From contig CAIMOB010000038.1 in the NCBI GenBank assembly GCA_903842985.1, forward strand, positions 1-38,960: a DNA stretch of 38,960 bases, read 5' to 3'. The position numbers and the translations under genes are program-made. The notes under the pieces were generated by a model. It ran no database searches, was not told where the DNA came from, and saw only the letters and a program-made list of their open reading frames with translations. This DNA comes from an uncultured archaeon. GTDB lineage: Archaea; Nanobdellota; Nanobdellia; Woesearchaeales; CAIVOO01. Numbering within the stretch: the first letter of the stretch is position 1; the number at the start of each line of letters is the position of its first letter. This document shows positions 33,942 to 38,960 of the stretch, piece after piece.

Positions 33942-34580
33942 TTAAAACAGAGCTCCTGAATACCAGGTCGCAATCCCTGCAATCGCAGTCATAACTACCC
34001 ACATTATTTTGCTTCCTTGAAATATTTTATATCCATCAAACATTCCAAATGGAATCATGTTGAATAATGCGATAAATGAATTAATTGCAAATCCATATCC
34101 AGAAACCTTACCTAATAAAGAAAGTGGATTTGAAACAAGATATAAAATTAAAAATATCAGTGCGATTGAAAGGCTCATAATTGGTCCTGCTGCTCCAATA
34201 TAACCCAGCCTTTTTCTATCTACCTGGTGTCCTGATATCATTACCGCCCCGGGCGCCGCAAAGACAATTCTAATAGCAATAGCCAGAACAATCGCAAAAA
34301 CTAGCATCATGTTATCTGCACGGAATTCCGCAAAACAGCCGTATTTCTGCGCAATAACCTTGTGCCCCATCTCATGAGCAATAAATCCAAGCCCGACGGT
34401 TATCGCAGAGAGAAGGAAATACATGAGAAAATTAATGCTGAATACTGCAGAAACACCAACATTGATTATTGCAAATGCAACTGAAATTGCTATCCATGCC
34501 TTTGCAAGGTCTGTTATCTCTACCTCTGATGAATAGAACGGCCCAATCTTATAGGTTCTGTGCGGTGTTATCATTTCCAT
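33942..34580 (-). CDS. M50 (site-2) family intramembrane metalloprotease
   Basis: HEMGH, AAGP, FNMIPFGMFDG; multiple TM helices. Confidence 0.88.
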   Translation of the reverse strand: MEMITPHRTYKIGPFYSSEVEITDLAKAWIAISVAFAIINVGVSAVFSINFLMYFLLSAITVGLGFIAHEMGHKVIAQKYGCFAEFRADNMMLVFAIVLAIAIRIVFAAPGAVMISGHQVDRKRLGYIGAAGPIMSLSIALIFLILYLVSNPLSLLGKVSGYGFAINSFIALFNMIPFGMFDGYKIFQGSKIMWVVMTAIAGIATWYSGALF

Positions 34581-34632
34581 ATCTCTACAGGAGAATAATA
34601 GGTTTTTTAAACTTTTGCCTGCAAAAACTGTT

Positions 34633-34699
34633 TAAAACAAACCCTTTCTTTAGAAAAGAAAGCGTTAGGGCGGAAAGAAACTATTTTACAAGTGTCATA
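34633..34699 (+). repeat. Dispersed 67-bp intergenic element, copy B
   Basis: 58/67 ungapped identity to the reverse complement of 14706-14772. Confidence 0.9.
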
Positions 34700-34820
34700 T
34701 TAGGCTAGTTTCCAGCCAAGCTGGAAACGTATTCTAAAAGATTAGCTGCGCATGTTCTATTAGCAAATTAAAAAACTTTTTAAATAACACTCATATATTA
34801 TTATAAAAAGAGGTGTTGCA

Positions 34821-36248
34821 TTGTCAAAACTTGAGGATTTCGGCTTCAAAAAGGCAGAGAGAGTAGAAGTTGAAAGACTGCAGCCAAAGGTTGATACAGA
34901 TTATCCTGAGCCTGTAAAGCGCTTCAGGATGGTATACGAGAGCTATGCTGCCTCAATAGAAGAAGCATATTTCTGGATTCTGCACCATTTGAGGCAAGAC
35001 CAGGGTTTCTCAAAGGTTGAAAAAATTTCTGATGTGTTCACAACAGCAGAGGTTTCTGCGCTTGGAGGAACAATACAGCAGAGGCTTGCAGCACAGCAGG
35101 ATAAGGCAGCCGGCTACCTGAGGGGAATCCACGAGATGACTAAACAGCTTTTCCAGCTCGTCAGGGAAATAAGAATACTGGCTGAAAGGCTTGAATACTA
35201 TGAAAAAAGCAAGGTAAATGACGAGTCAGGACAGAACGCCGAGATGGCGCTGAAGGATACCTGGGTCACAATGGTTGAAGGCGGGACAAAAAATCCTGCG
35301 TCTGTTTTCGGGCTTGCGCAGCAGGTTGGCTTTGTCGCACTGCCTGATGTCTTTTTCAGGATGAGAAAAAGGCCGGGAGAATCTGACAACGAGTTTGCAG
35401 GGAGGATTTCAAAGCTGGAGTTTAACGAGCATTTCAAGGATGTGCTCAAGAGAAAGCTTGCGCAGTTCTACATCTGGAAGGAAAAAACCTATCACGAGCT
35501 TTCGACAAGAAAAACTTTTGTTCTCAAGCTGCTGAGGCAGTACTATGACACAATAAGGCTTTACATAAGCTGGCTCAAACCTTACCTAAAGACAATCCAA
35601 AGGCTCGGCGGAGATATATCGAAATTCAAGAGGCCTGAACTGATTGCCGCGTTTGAAACATCTGTTATTGATATAGAAATACTTGCGTGCAAGCAGACAG
35701 TTGCCGGCATCTACAAGCCAGTCATACTTGCAACATTCGAGTACAGGACGCTGCCTTCAATGAATTACAATGCAGACCAGTTCCAGCGCGGGCCGATTCA
35801 CGTCGGGCAGATGGTGATGACACTGCGCTCCTATGTGTGGACAGATAAGGAAATTGAAAATTACAAAAGATACAGAGAGGCGCAGGATTTTGAAGTGCTT
35901 GAGGGCATTGACAGCACACTAAAAGAAGCAATGGATGCGCTTGGCGACGAGCTTAAGGCATATCTTCTTGAAAGCGGAGAGAGATTTCCGGAGAAAAAAC
36001 TGCCTGAAAAGGAAAAAGAAAAGAAGCCGGGATTTGCTGAAAGCGCGCTTGACCCGTTTGTCTCTGTTTTCAAAGGATTTGGTGAATTGTTCGGGATGTC
36101 TGGAAATGAAGAAAAGAAGAAGGGAAAAGAAGGGCCGACTGAATTTGAAAAAGAAAAACAGAAGAAGATTGCAGCAGGGCACATAGCATTCGCGCTGTAC
36201 CAGACATACAAAAATTACAAGAAGTCGCACGGGTTCCTGAGCTGGTAG
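34821..36248 (+). CDS. Soluble hypothetical protein, 475 aa
   Basis: Long ORF, TTG start with GAGGTG SD and upstream TTTAAATA; no motif recognised. Confidence 0.8.
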   Translation: MSKLEDFGFKKAERVEVERLQPKVDTDYPEPVKRFRMVYESYAASIEEAYFWILHHLRQDQGFSKVEKISDVFTTAEVSALGGTIQQRLAAQQDKAAGYLRGIHEMTKQLFQLVREIRILAERLEYYEKSKVNDESGQNAEMALKDTWVTMVEGGTKNPASVFGLAQQVGFVALPDVFFRMRKRPGESDNEFAGRISKLEFNEHFKDVLKRKLAQFYIWKEKTYHELSTRKTFVLKLLRQYYDTIRLYISWLKPYLKTIQRLGGDISKFKRPELIAAFETSVIDIEILACKQTVAGIYKPVILATFEYRTLPSMNYNADQFQRGPIHVGQMVMTLRSYVWTDKEIENYKRYREAQDFEVLEGIDSTLKEAMDALGDELKAYLLESGERFPEKKLPEKEKEKKPGFAESALDPFVSVFKGFGELFGMSGNEEKKKGKEGPTEFEKEKQKKIAAGHIAFALYQTYKNYKKSHGFLSW

Positions 36249-36287
36249 AGAAAAAGTTTATAAGCCTTCTTTATATACAATACATTA

Positions 36288-36884
36288 ATGGCAAAGACGC
36301 TTGCAGAACTGCTTGATGAGATAAAAACGCTTCCTCCTACTGAAAGGATAAAAAAGCTGCTGGAGCTTAGGAAGGGTGTAAAGGAAGCTGTGGAAAAAAG
36401 GCAGAAAGAGCTTGAAGAGGCTGAAAAGACCGCAATTGTTGAAGTTGAAAAGGAAGAAATAAAGAAAGAAGCAAGGAAAAAACAAGAGGAAGAGGAGCAG
36501 ATAAAAATCATCCAGCCGGCTGTCAGGCCTGCGCCGCCTGAAGAGATAAATCTTGAGGAGATTCTTCTGGCAGAAAAAAAGCAGGCAGTTGAGGCGCCTG
36601 CAAGCTACGGCAGGATAATCGATGAAATAAAAACAACACTCTATGAAGCAGCGCCTTCAATTTACAAGGGAATGCAGGAGCTGAGGAACAAGGCAAGCGA
36701 AGGCGAGCTTTCAAGAGATGACAAACGGAGATTTGAATCATACAATGAAATGCTTGAACAGCTTTCAAATGTAACGCCGGGTGCGATTAAAAACAAGGAA
36801 GCAAAGGAAAACCTTTTAAAGATGCAATACGCTATGAGACAGACAGAGCAATACTCAGCAGGTAATACAGGAGGCGGCTACTGA
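36288..36884 (+). CDS. Charged coiled-coil hypothetical protein
   Basis: E/K-rich helical sequence; TGATG overlap with next gene. Confidence 0.75.
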   Translation: MAKTLAELLDEIKTLPPTERIKKLLELRKGVKEAVEKRQKELEEAEKTAIVEVEKEEIKKEARKKQEEEEQIKIIQPAVRPAPPEEINLEEILLAEKKQAVEAPASYGRIIDEIKTTLYEAAPSIYKGMQELRNKASEGELSRDDKRRFESYNEMLEQLSNVTPGAIKNKEAKENLLKMQYAMRQTEQYSAGNTGGGY

Positions 36885-38758
36885 TGGTTGATTTTGGAAG
36901 GGATTATGCAACTCCGATGGACAGAGGATATGAAGTCGGGGCAGAAAATTATGTCAGCGGAACAGGATTGAGCGTTGGAGAGGTAGCCATATCAACTATC
37001 GCTACAAAGGATGCACTTCAGAATGTTGTTGCAAAAATGAGAGAAGGTGCTGCTGCTGTTGAGATTGGTTTTCTTGGTGCTGGCAAGGGAGATGTTTTCG
37101 GCGGAAGAATAACGCCTGAAAGTGTAGGCAGGGAGCAGAGGGAAGCTATAAGGGAGCTTGCAAAACTGAATAAGGTTGAGATTTCTACGCATGCATCAGT
37201 CGGGATAACAGGCGCAGCCGGCCTTACGGAGCAGGGATTTTCTGACGAGGCAAGGGAGAAAAATATTTTTGAGATAAAAAGGGCAATTGATTTTGCAGCT
37301 GATGCAGCAGGCGGCGGACCTGTTGTCTTTCACACAGGCGAGTGGCAGAGGCCGATCTATAAAGCAGGAGAGAAATATGGTGGGAAGTTTCTTGAATACC
37401 CTACAGAAAAGGAAAAGGCAAATGTAATTCTTGCAGACAAGGAAAGAGGACAGCTTGTTGCAATTCCAAAAGACATGATTTTCTGGGACCCTGTTGTTTC
37501 AGAGTGGGGAACTGACCCTGATACAGGAAAGAAGGTTCCTGCAAGATACAAATACAATCCTGACGGGACAATAATGATGAAAGAGATGAAGTATGATGGC
37601 ATAGTAAAGGAGGAGATTGAAAAGAATCCAAACATAACGCCTGAAGAGGCATTCGTGAAGCATTATTTTGATGTCCAGCTAAGAAACTCCCACGCCCAGT
37701 CACTAAGGTGGGCAAAGGATGCGCAGGATGTGGAAAAAACACTTGATAAAATAAAAAAAGCGATTCCTGTTTGGAAAGACATTGAAAAGAACGTGCCAGA
37801 GGGGGATAAATGGAGGTTCATGCAGCAAGAACTGGGAGAGCAGACAATGAACCATCTTGCACAGCTGGGGCTGATTACACCAGGAGAAAAAAAGATAACA
37901 AGCGAGTACCTGAATGATATTGCCAAGGATATGGAAAAGAAAGTCCTGTTCGAAAGAGAATATTCAATCGCTTCTGGAAAAGAGGCTGAAAGGCTCAAAA
38001 AAACAATGAGGGACCTGAGGCCTGTTGAGGAAGTCGGGATGATAAAAACAGCTGATTCGCTTGCAAGAACTGCGATGTATGCTTATGATGTAGAGCAGAA
38101 AAAAGGGCTGAAAAAGCCGCTTTTTATTGCACCTGAAAACCTTTTCCCTGAGACAGGATTCGGCGGTCATCCGCAGGAGCTGAAAGAGATTGTACAGAAG
38201 TCAAGGGAGAAGATGGTTGACCTGCTGAAGGTTCAGAAAGGCATGGGTGAGTCAGATGCAAGAAGTGTTGCAAGCGAGCACATAAAAGCGACATTTGACA
38301 TCGGCCACGCAACAACCTGGAGAAAATATTTTCAGGGAAGCGATAAGGAATTCAAGGATTGGGTTGTCGGGCAGGTAAAGGACCTTGTGAAGTCCGGCAT
38401 TATTGGACATGTTCATATCGCTGACAATTTCGGGTATTACGACGAGCATCTGACTCCGGGTGAGGGAATTGCGCCGATAAAGGAGATGGTTGAAGAGATA
38501 AAAAAGGCAGGCGTGAAAGTGAGTTACACTGTTGAGCCTGGCGCGCAGGACCCCACAAAACAATATGAGGCATTGTACGGCACATGGAAACTGTTCGGCT
38601 CGAATATTTATGCTGCTGTTGCGCCCGGCGGTTGGACAGATACCTGGACAAATGTCCAGCAGTCATATTTCGGAAGGACACAGTCGCCAAACTACCTTGT
38701 GGGGGACATAAGGCCTTCAGAGGATTGGACTCTGTGGACTGGTGTGCCTTTAGAATAG
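36884..38758 (+). CDS. Xylose-isomerase-like/AP-endonuclease-2 TIM-barrel metalloprotein with a large helical insertion
   Basis: ISTHAS, AIDFAA...PVVFHTGE, IAPEN, ATFDIGH, HVHIADNFG..DEHL.PG.G. Confidence 0.75.
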   Translation: MVDFGRDYATPMDRGYEVGAENYVSGTGLSVGEVAISTIATKDALQNVVAKMREGAAAVEIGFLGAGKGDVFGGRITPESVGREQREAIRELAKLNKVEISTHASVGITGAAGLTEQGFSDEAREKNIFEIKRAIDFAADAAGGGPVVFHTGEWQRPIYKAGEKYGGKFLEYPTEKEKANVILADKERGQLVAIPKDMIFWDPVVSEWGTDPDTGKKVPARYKYNPDGTIMMKEMKYDGIVKEEIEKNPNITPEEAFVKHYFDVQLRNSHAQSLRWAKDAQDVEKTLDKIKKAIPVWKDIEKNVPEGDKWRFMQQELGEQTMNHLAQLGLITPGEKKITSEYLNDIAKDMEKKVLFEREYSIASGKEAERLKKTMRDLRPVEEVGMIKTADSLARTAMYAYDVEQKKGLKKPLFIAPENLFPETGFGGHPQELKEIVQKSREKMVDLLKVQKGMGESDARSVASEHIKATFDIGHATTWRKYFQGSDKEFKDWVVGQVKDLVKSGIIGHVHIADNFGYYDEHLTPGEGIAPIKEMVEEIKKAGVKVSYTVEPGAQDPTKQYEALYGTWKLFGSNIYAAVAPGGWTDTWTNVQQSYFGRTQSPNYLVGDIRPSEDWTLWTGVPLE

Positions 38759-38797
38759 TCACAAAAATATATATAAAAAAGAGGTTAAAATAAAAAT

Positions 38798-38960
38798 ATG
38801 AGGTTTCCAATAACGCCAAATGAGCTGGCAAATGTATCAAAGTATTCTACAGAAGATGTAAACATTGCAAGGAAATTCGCAAAAAGGGTTCATGACGAAT
38901 TCGGAAATTTCATAAGGGCCATTGTCATTTTCGGAAGCTCTGCAAGAAAAGAAGGAGAAA
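38798..38960 (+). CDS. Nucleotidyltransferase-domain (MNT/Pol-beta-like) protein, 5' part, runs off window end
   Basis: MRFPITPNELANVSKYSTEDVNIARKFAKRVHDEFGNFIRAIVIFGSSARKEGE with the hFGSxAR motif. Confidence 0.7.
   Translation, partial: MRFPITPNELANVSKYSTEDVNIARKFAKRVHDEFGNFIRAIVIFGSSARKEGE

Noticed and set aside
37350..38050. Large insertion in the TIM-barrel protein as a possible intein
   Set aside because: No C/S start with HN-C/S/T end and no LAGLIDADG motifs; the insert looks helical.
152..38840. Many short antisense or alternate-frame ORFs in the track (S/F/L-rich)
   Set aside because: They lie opposite well-supported genes and reflect the complement of purine-rich coding strands.

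Overview
Archaeal chromosome segment, most likely DPANN (Woesearchaeota-like), judging from eS6, uL16/L10e, L7Ae, eS28, eL24, aIF2-gamma, diphthamide-type aEF-2, archaeal ProRS, TTTAWA promoters and GAGGTG Shine-Dalgarno (SD) sites. Housekeeping translation genes and three intron-less tRNAs (Pro-TGG, Arg-TCG, Thr-GGT) flank a ~14 kb minus-strand type IV pilus/Tad-like locus. That locus has an RHH regulator, a 1751-aa Kelch-propeller surface protein, four prepilin-like genes, an ATPase, a Cys-repeat protein and two T2SS-F membrane proteins. Three more prepilin-like genes lie at 4.5-6.4 kb. The main observations are: (1) a 67-bp dispersed intergenic element (14706-14772 and 34633-34699, inverted) whose 9 differences all fall at matched positions of three heptamers, a triplex/switch-like three-way covariation; (2) an ArmA/Rmt-like 16S rRNA methyltransferase next to an MFS transporter; (3) Kelch propellers apparently inserted inside Ig/FN3-like scaffold domains; (4) two tandem HIT proteins both lacking the catalytic His; (5) structured leaders before rps6e and rpl7ae; (6) tRNAs ending 5-6 nt before start codons. 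No CRISPR array, transposase, integrase or rRNA was seen. All calls come from motif recognition by eye, without database searches.
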